This document shows, piece after piece, positions 12,901 to 24,900 of a stretch of DNA of 64,000 bases. The notes beneath the pieces are model-generated. The model saw only the letters and a list, made by a program, of their open reading frames with translations, was not told the origin of the DNA and did not search any database. The translations under genes and the position numbers were made by a program. Each line of letters begins with the position of its first letter. The stretch's first letter is position 1. Origin of the DNA: Haplodiscus bocki (lineage: Eukaryota); NCBI GenBank assembly GCA_965655095.1, contig OZ296649.1, forward strand, positions 45,012,001-45,076,000, in the 5' to 3' direction.

Positions 12901-15900
12901 AGCTTGTTTCTGCTTAATATAACTTACTGTTCTTCTGTTTTGGAAACAAGAGTGGACTTTGTTTTAAATTGATCTGCGCCACCGGGAGCAACAATGCAAC
13001 ACAGTGAATAAGAAATGAACAAAAAACGCAGTCAAAGTTCTTTTCTCATTAAATTATGAGCTTTGAAATTGAAGAGAGTATATTTACGTAGAGCACACAG
13101 AGCTGTTAAAACATTAATTACTGGTCTCTTCGCATACTTTCTTTGTGCCAGACAAAAACATTGATTTGACTTGAACTTTTTAAGAAAAATCTGGAGAATG
13201 CCGATGACGTTTCGTTTTGTTGTTGCATGCAACAGGGCTGAAAAATTGAAGAATGGCGGCTATTGAGAAATGTTTGGACCATTCAATGGAGGAGATGCTG
13301 GCTGCTTCTACGGAAGCAGTAATTGTGACGACCGAAGATGGCTGCTTTTAGACATTTTCTGTGACCGACGAAATGATAAAATAACAACACATCGCCATCC
13401 TATCCCAGAGCGTTACGTCGCGTCACATTGCATCCCGGCCGCCTGTCCAGTTTTAAATGACAGTTTTGAAGCATAGAATGGAGACAATGACTAGAAGGAA
13501 AAGGAGCAAAAAGAATTTAGATAATTCATGGCAAGAAATGTTGTTTGGTAGAGAAAAAAATTATTCAGATTCGCTTTTACAGAATAACAACAAAGCAGCA
13601 GGCCATTATGTGAGATGGCAGAGGTTGAATGCCTCCAACAACAACAACAACTGAGGCTCCTCTCTCTGTTCTGTTGTTTCGTATTACTCGGGACATGTAC
13701 AGGTATTGTTCACATCATCTCATTTCTCTCGCAGCACAATCTCAACCTGGTCCAGTGCCAATCAAGCCATCACATACAGCAATCTTGTCCTCTTTGGTAC
13801 ACCACAAAGTCCACTCATCAATTTATAAGCTAGTACAACAAACAAGACCACTGCAAAAAAACAAAAACAACTACAACAAACAGATACAATAGCGATAACT
13901 ATTGTACACGTATTAGTAATAAAAACAGGAAGAGTAACAGTACTACTTAGTACAGGTATAGCACTGTTTGTCGCTTCTTTACCACCTAACAAAACATTTC
14001 CATCCAAACTGCCACCGTAGTAGAAGTACAGAAGCAGACACCCAGAATTCCTGCCGCCTAAAAAATTAAATTCTGCTCGTTAAATTCCTCAATTCCGCTT
14101 ATTTCTGCTCTTTAGGCAAAACGTGGGTAAATTGCAAGTTTAATTGAAAACTTCATTCAAATTTTATAAAATCGCTATTAAAATAACACTAAAGAAGGTT
14201 TTTCAAGGATTCTTCAGATAAATTTGTTCGTTTTGGTGAACCAAGGAGTGTTAAAATACTAAAATTTCTCTCCGCGCCGGCTGCGGAGGCGGGTATCCAC
14301 AGGCTTCGTGAAGCCTTCAACATCAGTGGCAGTTCATTCTTCTTCCCCTCCCAAAATTTGTCAATTTCAAAGTTTTCTAAGGGGTATACTGCATTCATAT
14401 AAATAACCCACTCGTTCAGGAACTCAGGGTCATTTTGTCAACTTTCTCCAATGGTATGTTGCTCGCCAAACACATCTTAACAAATCCAGTAACAAATTTG
14501 GAACGGCTTTCCTGGCTTTTCTTGCAGTTCGCGCTTGTTCTTGTGACTTTTACTCTGCAAATGATCTTTGATGGTGGAAGATTTCAAATCGACCGAATGA
14601 CAGCAGAACTTACAGAAAAGCAGGCCATCGTCTTCGTAAAATATAGTCGGGTACTCCTTTACGCGAGATGAAACTGTAATTTTCCCGGTAACCTTCGGCA
14701 TTTTCCAATGACGAGAGGATAGAAATATTTTAACACTGGTAGGAAAAGAATAGGAAATAATAAAGAGCAGGATTCCAGGAATAATTCAAAAGCAAGAATA
14801 TCGCGCATGTAAATTGCAGAGCAGGACCTGTTCTGTGTACTGCCTACGCCTGAAGTGTTTGCCTAAGTACTTACCGCTTAGTCAACAAACTCCAGTCTTG
14901 ATTTTGATGCGCATACAATGTATTTTATTTAAAATTTTCTATAACATGCAAACATATTTTGGAAAATTTCAATTCTGCCGCTATTCTGCTCTAAAAAATT
15001 GTTTTCTGCTTTTGAACCTCAATTCTGCCTATTCTGCCCATTTCTGCTGCTAGCAGATATTCCGGGTGTCTGCACAGAAGTAGCTGAAGCAGTAAAGTGG
15101 CAGTGGTCCAGGCTCGTGGTACGATCTCTCACTCTCTATTGAGTGACACACACTCAAAGTTGGTGCCAGGGTGGCCACACTTATTCCAAAAACGGTGAAT
15201 AAATAATCGAGTTTTTTTTCCACTCAAAATAACGAAAACATGACCGACCTACCAAATTCAACTTTTGATTTTGAGCTTTCATCAATAATGTAAAGATGCA
15301 GCTTACATCGTCCGTTGTCTTTTTGAATCCATAAAAATTACAAGTCAAGATGTAAGTCGCTGAAAACACAAAGCGCCGCCTATCGATTGGAAACAGTGAA
15401 ACCGACGAACATATTCTTTGATTTTTCAGGACATCTGAAGTGAGTAGTTTAAAAATACGTGTCGTCGAGAGAAAGAAAGTGCTAGTGTGTGTGTGTGTGT
15501 GTGTGCGTTCGTGCGAGAGAGAGAGGAAGAAATAGAAAAAAATCTCAATAGTAATAAAAATAAAAATAGTGGACCAAGTGAACTATCTCCCCCCCCCCCC
15601 CCCAACTGCTGCTATAGGGGAGATAGTTCACTAGGTTACTTTAAGCAATCGATGCAAGAGAAACCAACATTCATATCAGAGGCATCCAATTAAGAGTATC
15701 AGAGGCATCCAACTAAGAGTATCACTTGTTATTGACGCCAGGTAATTATCCCCGAGAGTACCGAAGGCATTCATACGGACGATGTAGTGGTGCTTAAGTC
15801 ACCGGTTTCAATACTGATCAACTACAGATAGCTAATGTAGTCTGGGGGGGATTGTTCATTTGGTCCAAAATAATGATGAAATTATTAAAAAGAAAAATAT

Positions 15901-18900
15901 TATTATCATATCTATTAATAAAAAATAATAATTATTATAATTATAAAGATATATCAAGAATTATGATGGTAATAATGAAAATATTAACAAAAAGATTAAT
16001 AATAATAATAACAATAATCATAATATTCAAAACAATGAAACAATAATGACATTAATGATAAAAATAAATATTTAACAATTAACATTACTAATATCCATAA
16101 TAATAAATACTATAAATAATAAGAAAACACAGAAGCAGAACTGAGCTTCACAACAATTGTGCCAACGGAATAATGGTGAACAAATCGAACAAGTATAACT
16201 GATTTTTTAAAACGCCACATTACAACGAAAACTACTGATTAAACGAGTAATCAGAAGTTTAAACTCAGATAATTCTTATAAACAAGTTGACCAAGTACGA
16301 ACTGGTGTAGCATTTAATTCGCTTTGTATTTAAAAGAAGCGCGCACGCTGGCAAAATAGGCCACGTAAACAAATTTGTGCAACTGAACGAGAGCGCATGA
16401 ACAAATTTTTGCAAGAATGCAAGAGCGCATGAACAAAAACCAGGCAATATTAAAATTAGGCACAACTGCGAGTTGTGACCGAATCGAAAAAATCAAAAGT
16501 CTGGGGTATGAGATATGCTTGCGCAAGTGTAATAACAATTAGATACTGATGAACTCGAAAACCTAAAAAACTAAGAGGAACTAAGATCGCAGAATAAGTT
16601 TGAGAGAAATGTTCCATCTATCCTCGTGGCTTCGACTCCAGAAAATCTTCGATTAATTCAAACTTGTTATAGATAACGTATTAGATGCGCCATAACAGAG
16701 CTACTCGTGGAAACATGTAATACGTATTAGGATAGGGGCCTAACGGGGCTGCAATATTACTGCAAACCAATTTATTGACTTAATAAACCAAGCCGTTTAA
16801 CAATAAATTTTAGCTAGTTCACTGCTGCAAAGTTCAAAAATGTAGAAAAATGATAAAATGCCGATATTTCAAAAAAAAAGAATGCCTAGCACATGAAACT
16901 TTCGGATAATTAAGAAAATAATCACAAAAGAGCAAGTTTTCGGTTACAAATTTGTGTAGGATTGTTAAAAGTAGCTTTAACAATCGCCAACGAAGAACCG
17001 AAACACTGAGGAGTTTTTCTTATCTCTTTTTGAATGCGCCACCACTACTCCATTAAACGCGTGTACCAGATTCACGAGACGGCGGATCGACGGGGCATCC
17101 ACGAATAATTTACAACTCCGAAAAATTAGACAAGGCCATTAATTCAGAGGCGGTGGGGTAAGATGTGCTGAGAAACGCGGCTCCATGTCAATTCTTCGTT
17201 TAAGGGGGTCTCCTAGCTCTCGACTGTTGAATTAAATGCTCTCTCACTTGAGAAATTATCTGAAGGTTAAATAAATCACAAAATTACTAGAATCATACAA
17301 TAACACTGAATATTACTTCAACAATGATTAATATTTTAATACTGATTAATACTTTGAGTAAAATTATGTTCACAGAACCAATAAACAAAGCAGATCACAG
17401 GGGCTATAACAACAAGAAGTTTTCCGGAAGGGAAGAATTGAAGGTTACTCAACGATTGAATCAGAAAAGATGTTGTAATTTATTTACTCGCCGCCATTCT
17501 CTAAGGTTCTTGGAGTCAAGGAAACAGTCCCGGACTGCCATCTTTAGCTAATTCACGGTTCAGCCACCACTGGGGTACCAGGGGCTCTCTAAGATGCATC
17601 TCACGGCGTAAAGATCATCTCAACAGAAACTGGCGAAGTCCAACTTCACAACTCTTAACAGCTGATACAACTGCTAATCATGTCTTTTCAGATTCAACAT
17701 TTTGCAGCTCAACATCTAGAAGATTTGCACAGGAAAACGTTACATGTAGGAAAACTTCAGTTGTCAAAATGGCTTTTATTTGTCAACAAGGCGTTGTTAA
17801 AACAGCTTCAAAATTTTAGCTCACTTGTCAACAATGAAGACTAGTGACTCCTAGTTGACACATCAGAAAGAGTTGCATAATTTGAGGAGGTCAAACATTT
17901 ATCATAAAGTGAACTTAAACTGGTCATTTTAACAACTTGAAATTCGGTGGATGTGTGAATTTTGCTCATTGACAAGCAGTATATTTCGACTTCAAAGAAG
18001 TTCCGACGTGTATTTCATTGAAAACTGCCAATTCGAGACCTCGAAAAATTTATAAAGAACCGTTTTCTGGGGACAACTACACACTGCCCATCATACTAAA
18101 CTATATTTAAAAAAACATTGTTATGTGAAACATTACTTCTTGGAACGATGTCGTTCATATTTTAGACCAATTTTCAGAAAAATTACGTTTTAGAACGCAA
18201 AAAAAACAAGTATCTGTCAAAATATTTGAGGGGGGGGGGGGGCTTTTTTGATCGTTTACACTACATGGCTACACTATCAGATGACGTCAAAACATGCAAG
18301 TTTTGGACAAGCTTGAAAAAACTAAGCATGAGCCGTTTCCAATACATATTCTTCCTTTCTGTCAGAATTGGGTAAAAATCTTATTTAATTCTCGAGCGAT
18401 CGGGAAAATTACCAAAAATTTGTCCAGTTCATGCCGTTTCCAATAAAATAAAAGCTCCACTAGTAATACTCAATTTTGTAAGATGACAATCAACTCCGTA
18501 TACATAATTACTTAACGCAATTTTTTTACTAACCGACGTCACCAACCAGTCATGTACTCCTACGGGACCAATCAAGGGATACTTCAGATGATCCTCTCAG
18601 TTTTCAAAAACTTTCAAAAGAAGTGTTTTCATTTATGTGTCTTTAGTTTTCAAAAACATTCGAAATTCAGTCTTAATTACACGTCCAATCAACGCCAAGC
18701 AAAAAGTTTTCTGCCTAAAAAAGTTTTGGCTACTTCGACTAAAAACTTTTCGAAAAATTTCGATAAATTTGATTATACAATGGTCCTCGGGTTGAGCGTC
18801 AATTGATAAATATTGATTACTACGGATTTCTCAATGATTATAACCGATGGAATTTTTTGCCCAACAACCAATCAGAATGCATCATTCTTTTAGATTACGT

Positions 18901-21900
18901 TAATTTTTGACATTACGTTAACGTATTTTTCTCTGGATATTGAATTTTTTTGAAACGAATGACTGAAATGGATATATATTGCATATTACACACAGCAAGA
19001 ATCAAATGAGCATTTTCATTGCCTCTTGAACAGCATAGTTGCTGATATAGTAAACTCTATATAAAAACTTGAAGCTTCGCTACCTCCGAAAGTTACATTC
19101 GCTACATTCGCAAAGCTGTCAACGAATTACGTCAGTTTTCCGAAATCTCAGAACAGCACGACCCATCAATAACTTGAAAGTTGCCAGACTGTATCTGGAA
19201 AGCATAACTAGGACTTTTTTCAGAAACTGCAATGATTTTTGTAAGAAACAGCGAAAAAAAAGATGAAAATTTATCTCATTTTACATATGAGCTTTTCAGT
19301 CTCTAGCGCCAAACAAGGGCACTACACTACACAAAAAATGGAACCTTGAAGTACGAGAATTTGGATCGATCTGAAGTTGATTTGGAAGGACAAAGAGCGA
19401 AAATTATGCAAAAAATGCAAAATTAGCTATTTTCGCCAAATAGAAAACGACCATTTTATTATTGCCAAGAAGTTCTTTTTGGATGATGTCCTCTCGTATT
19501 GGCTTTTCATACACTTCAGCTAAAAAGCACAATCAGAAAGCAAAAGAGCAAAATTTCGCGAAAATACAAAAAACAGCAATTTCTTATTGACTTCGAACAG
19601 TTCTAGTACTTCCAGGTGTATTGAGCTATATTTATTCTTCTTTATCGTATTGGTGTCGCCTACTTGCTAGAAAGTTGATCTGGCAAGAAAGGGAAAAGTG
19701 GAAAAATTGCGCCATTTTCGACTTCCAAACATTCGAAACCTGGTTCCCAGAATTTGAAAGTTTGTAGTGATTTATACCGTATGTGTACCTACACGGATCA
19801 GTCCGACAAAAGTTGCGTTGAACAGAGCGAAAATTAGCTACTTTCGTAAACCAAAAGATAAAAGTTGATTTTGTAGGAAGAGAAGCAAAAAATTGAGGAC
19901 AATATATGTTGGTACTACCTTCGTCAAAATCTGAGCGAAAAAAACATTGGCATGGAGAACAGCGAAAATTCGGGAGCACTCTGCAAATTTATTGCTATTG
20001 ATTGAAACTATAGGTCATAGAAAAAAAAATAAGTTATTTATTTGATGCCATTCTGAAATCTCGGCCAAAATAGTCAATAGTTTTCAGAAAAATTCAATGG
20101 GGAACGAGCTTGCCAGAAAAATCCTCCAAGCAGAAAATATCTCTACCATTTCCCAGATGAGTTTTTTTCCAACAAATGATGTTAAATTTGACAAATATCG
20201 AAGCCAAAAAAACTTTGGCGGTCGAGATGAGATTCGAACCCGTTACAGGCGACGGCCATCACACTGCTTTTCCTGTGCGAGTTCTGAACGGTACGACAAA
20301 AACGCGCGACCACAGTAATAACCTGCCGTTTTCCCAAGTTAATCAATGGAAGCTAAACTCGAGTTATCTGATGAGTTCAAAGTTGCGAAATGTGGTCATT
20401 TTTTGGCATCTGGAAGAAAAAACTAAAAATGATTCCATTAAATTTCTTGATTTGGTCAATCAGAAAAAAGGCCTTACCTTTGGTTGACCGGTGTGCCACA
20501 TTTGGCAGAGCGAGGAAAACGCTGTTAACAAGCGTGTATGACGCACGAAAGAAATGAATTCCGCCGGATTGCTAAAATCTGATAGGACCGCGATAATCTA
20601 ACAGTTTAATGCATAGGTGCTTACAGTGCAAACCAATTCCAGGAGAAACGTTCTATCAGTGCGAAAAAGAATATATGCGCATCTTTATGTTACGTTGGGT
20701 TTCTGGAATGTTGAGTGATTTTATCGATCAATTTTCCTCAAGCTCTGGACATATACAAGAGGCGCCATCAAACTGTGATATTTTCCATCACAGGGGAGTA
20801 GAAACAATTGATCGAACCTACAGCAAAATTTCCGAGAAATTGAAAGTTGTCGATCGACACCTTGTTGGAAGAAAGCGAACCGAAAGCTTGAGAAATTTAT
20901 GAGTTTAAATATCAACAAAATAACAATAACAGAAGCATTTTTTGTCAATATCGGCCTACAAAAACTTTTTTTGCCTGTGCAAAAATCAAGGGGATTTCAA
21001 TTCGAAGACACTTCTACAGATAAAGCTGTCAATTAAAAATTTGATGGAACAGGTTAAGCCGAAACTTATGCAGAAATATGAATTTGAAGATCGATATGTA
21101 GCAAAATCAAGATCAATTTTGCCATTTTTTGGACAATCAGGCTTCCGGCGCCAGGATCAAGATCCAGGATCCATGATTTTTTTCTATTGAAAAGTCTTCA
21201 AGTATAGAGCTGTCGATTGAGTCATTGATGGAAGAAATGAAGCTGGTGTTATTGAATAATTGAGTTTGAAAACCGTATCTACAATTATGATTAGCATTTT
21301 TGCATTTTCGAGCTGTCAGGATTCGGACGCAAAAAATGGTATTTTTCTATCCAGAAGTCATTGGCAAGTAAGAAGCTGTCGATAGAGACCCCGATAGAAG
21401 AATTGAAACAAATTGTATGCGAGAGAAATTGAATTTCAACACCCAGCAAAACCGATACTTTTTGCTCTTTTTTGCATGCAGGGATCAAACAGCGACCTGT
21501 TTCAGCAAAAACATTTCGGAGTTATTTCCTTTTTTTTTGTTTCAAAAGAACCAGAACAGCTTGAAAATGATACCAAAAGGGCAAAAAAATCCATACATTA
21601 TGTTTATAATCAACTTTTTCAAGAAAGATTTTTAATTTTTTTCGTGTTTTGAAAAACCTGGTTTTGTCAAAACTGCTTCTACAGGGTTGTCAAAACTGCA
21701 TGCAATGTGTCCAGAGAAATCATTTGGAGAAATCTACTGAAAAAAATTGCAAATTCGAACATTGAGCGAAAAATTTTCGGCATGGTTATCAAAACTGCGT
21801 TCTATGTCTCTGGGTGAACATTTTCAGCGAAAAGATTTTCGAAAATTTCGGAATTGACGGAGCCAGAATTGGCAAATAAGCGGAGAAAGCACTCTACTTA

Positions 21901-24900
21901 CTGAGATAACGATTTTCCTTTCGTATTCCATTGCAAAAGAAAATAATAACAGCTGATTTATTATAAACTAGTTTTTCGTTCAGTCTAAAAAAACAACACT
22001 TGTGTAGACCTGCTGTGCCAAAAAAGGTACGTCAGTACAAAATGGTAAAATACATTTTACACAAATACATTTATTCATTTTTTATTTGAGAAAATAGGTT
22101 ACACTGTTTCAGATTCGGTTCAATTTTTTTGTTCTGATGAGACGAGATGGGCCCCTATTATCGAGGTATCACTTCTAAAGTAACGAGGAATAATTTTGAT
22201 GTAAGCTTCAACGCGTAGGAAAGCAAACGGATCATTGCAGCTTCAAAAAGATAATTACGAGCATGAGAAGTTTAAACAGAAGAATTCACATAAACAGCCT
22301 ACGATTAAGACTCTGATTTTGACATTACACTGCAGATGTTGAGATCTGCAGGAGGAACGGAAGCATGAAGAAACTTCTCTGGTTTACAATCACAGCGAAA
22401 AATATTCAAACTGTAATTGAATTTTCCTCGTCTGATTTAAAAGACGATTTGCCTAATGGAAATGGTACATATTTAGCAGCGACAACTGACAAAATTACAA
22501 CTGAGGAAAGAGGAAGTGACGGAAAGGCAGTCGAAAAGACCCAACTACCTGTCAAGGAAACACGATTGCAGAGAGATCTGAGGTTATTAGTGTCCGCAAA
22601 CTAAATGAATACACGTCATATTATCTTCATATAAAATGTAGGCTTCATTTTGTACGCAATGCACGAAAAACTGAAGTTGCACAAAAACTTCAAGTTTGCT
22701 CCGATTGTAGAGCATTTCAATTCGGTTTGTGCCAGCATAGAAATGGATCCCTACTTATCATCAGATGAACAAGTTATATCTCACAAAGGTATGAAATCAA
22801 CACTTAGACAATATCTACCAATGAAACCCCAGAAGTGGGGTTATGAAGTGTTCGCACTGAGTGGGGAAACGAGGTTAATACTCAAAATCGTTTTTATAGT
22901 GGATAAACAAGATCAATTTCAAAATTCGATGACAATTTCGGAAAAGCATCTGCAGTTGTGATGCGGTTATGCCAATCAGTGTCTTCTCATGCAAATTTTC
23001 GAAATTGTTCGGACAATTATTTAAATTTTGCCAAAATTCAAGTGAGCTAGCTCAACGAGGGGTCTACATACCAGAGATACTCACCACACCCAGGTCACCA
23101 GGTTTACAGTTCGAAAAGTTGCTCAAACGGAAAATGCGAAGTTGAAGAAACAGGACTTTCAGTAGTTCCTTGGCATGGTAACCAGCCAGTGTCACCTCTC
23201 ATTTCGCCGTCACCCCATTAGAAAACAGAATTGATTCGACAATAACCAATAATAGAATCGATTTGCTTGTCCAGCCATAGTCCTAGAGTACAAGAAACAT
23301 ATGGGCTATGTTGACCAATTCAACAGCTGTATTTCACTGTTGTATCGATCGAGACGATTGTGTTACTTGCTATTATCGTCGGATATTCAACCATTTCATT
23401 CACTCCATGTTCGTCAACTGTTGGGGTTTGTATAGTAGGGAATGCATCGACTTGGGGACACCCAAGAAGAATATATTGAACCTTTTTGACTTCAGTGTTC
23501 GCATTTGCCCTTATCATACGACTATTAAAATTGATCACGTAGGTGCTCGAGGTAGACCGGCCAACAATAAGGAACCTGAAGTTGAAACCTCTATTGGCTC
23601 CCCGCTACAGCAGAGGGCATTGCAGTCCAGGAATGGAGACTATTGGCCTGAGTCAGTGGATACTGTTTAAATTGACAGCTTGTAAAATGAACAGCACCAT
23701 TTTTTGTCAAAATGGTCGACACCACCTCTGTTTAGATTCGAATAGAAACTGTTTCGAAGCCTGCTATGATCAGAAATTCAGAGAATAATTCACTTTTGCC
23801 GTGCAACCTCTTTTTTGGCTTCAACTAAGAAAATTCGTACTTTTACCTTATCCTATCAAAGTGCCCTTTTGGCGGACTGGACGAAAAATCCAGGGAGTGA
23901 CGTTTTTTAGAAGATTTCCTAGAGCCTAGAAATGTAATGGAGTCTGAAAAAATAATTAGGAGCATAAAGGACAACATATTCGCTTCTTGGTCAAGTTGAG
24001 GTTAAATGAATGAAAATGTACATCACGGTTACCAACTCTTTGTTCACATCTATACAGTTACTATTTTCAATAAAACGTTCCCAAAGACTTTCAAGAAAGA
24101 AAATGAGAAAACTAGAAGTTTTTTGTAAAGGTATAAAATATGAAAACTTTTTCTGATTCCCTCTTCGCAATATTCAGAGATTTTAAAATCCAAAAATTTT
24201 CGATAAATGAACACCAAAAGTTTGATAACCATCGTTGGTTTTCTGAAAGAAAGACGGAACTTCGTAAGTGATCTGCAACATCAAATTCCTTGCAACGACT
24301 GGTACCGAAATTTTTCGTGATACCCCCACACCTTTTTATGCTAATCCCAATTTTTTGCAAACGAGTTTCGTAGCAGGGACGTAGCAAGAGGTACCCTTAA
24401 GAAATTTTCCCCGCTCAAATAAAATTTTTGTTCGCAATGAGGTACAGAATTGATCGAAAACTAGTGTTTTCTAAACACCAAATGGTGCTCTCTTCGAGTG
24501 TTTGAGCGTTACGAGCGACGCCGACTCGTTTGTTCTAGTTACTTTCACATTCGTTCTTTTCGATACGTTGTTAGAAGCTGAAGTCCAATGAAAACAACTC
24601 TTTGATTAATCTTATAAATGCGCAGCACTAACTTGGAAGCAGCCGAAGATTCGTCGTTTGGAGTGAGAGCAAAGACTTGAGAATCTGTTCCATTCGCACC
24701 CGGAAGAGTCACCAACTGAAAAAAAAGCCAAGTTCTGATTGAAAGAAGCATTCTCTCCTTTATTATACTTCATTTTCATTCGATCTTTCTGCTCCCACGA
24801 ACTTCCCTCATAAGCAACTTTTCGGAACTAATTTTCATATATATCTAAAGTTGGTCGTCTTTCACTCACTGTGAATCGCTATCTTCTCAACACTAGTTCA

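Noticed and set aside
13615-13833. Plus-strand 72-aa ORF with a signal-peptide-like stretch
   Set aside because: No homology cue; better explained as the reverse of the candidate minus-strand exon, though not excluded.
15167-15440. Second hAT MITE beginning CAGGGTGGCCAC
   Set aside because: No convincing matching right TIR or TSD.
15852-16046. Ile/Asn/Lys-rich ORF
   Set aside because: Artefact of the (AAT)n tract.
17000-17640. GC-richer patches as extra exons of the zinc-finger gene
   Set aside because: Candidate frames hit stops before any usable donor, and the gene model is phase-complete without them.
20360-20410. Hammerhead-like CTGATGA...GAAA (also at ~16546)
   Set aside because: Stems I and II cannot be formed convincingly, and no such motif was found next to the Penelope-like remnant.
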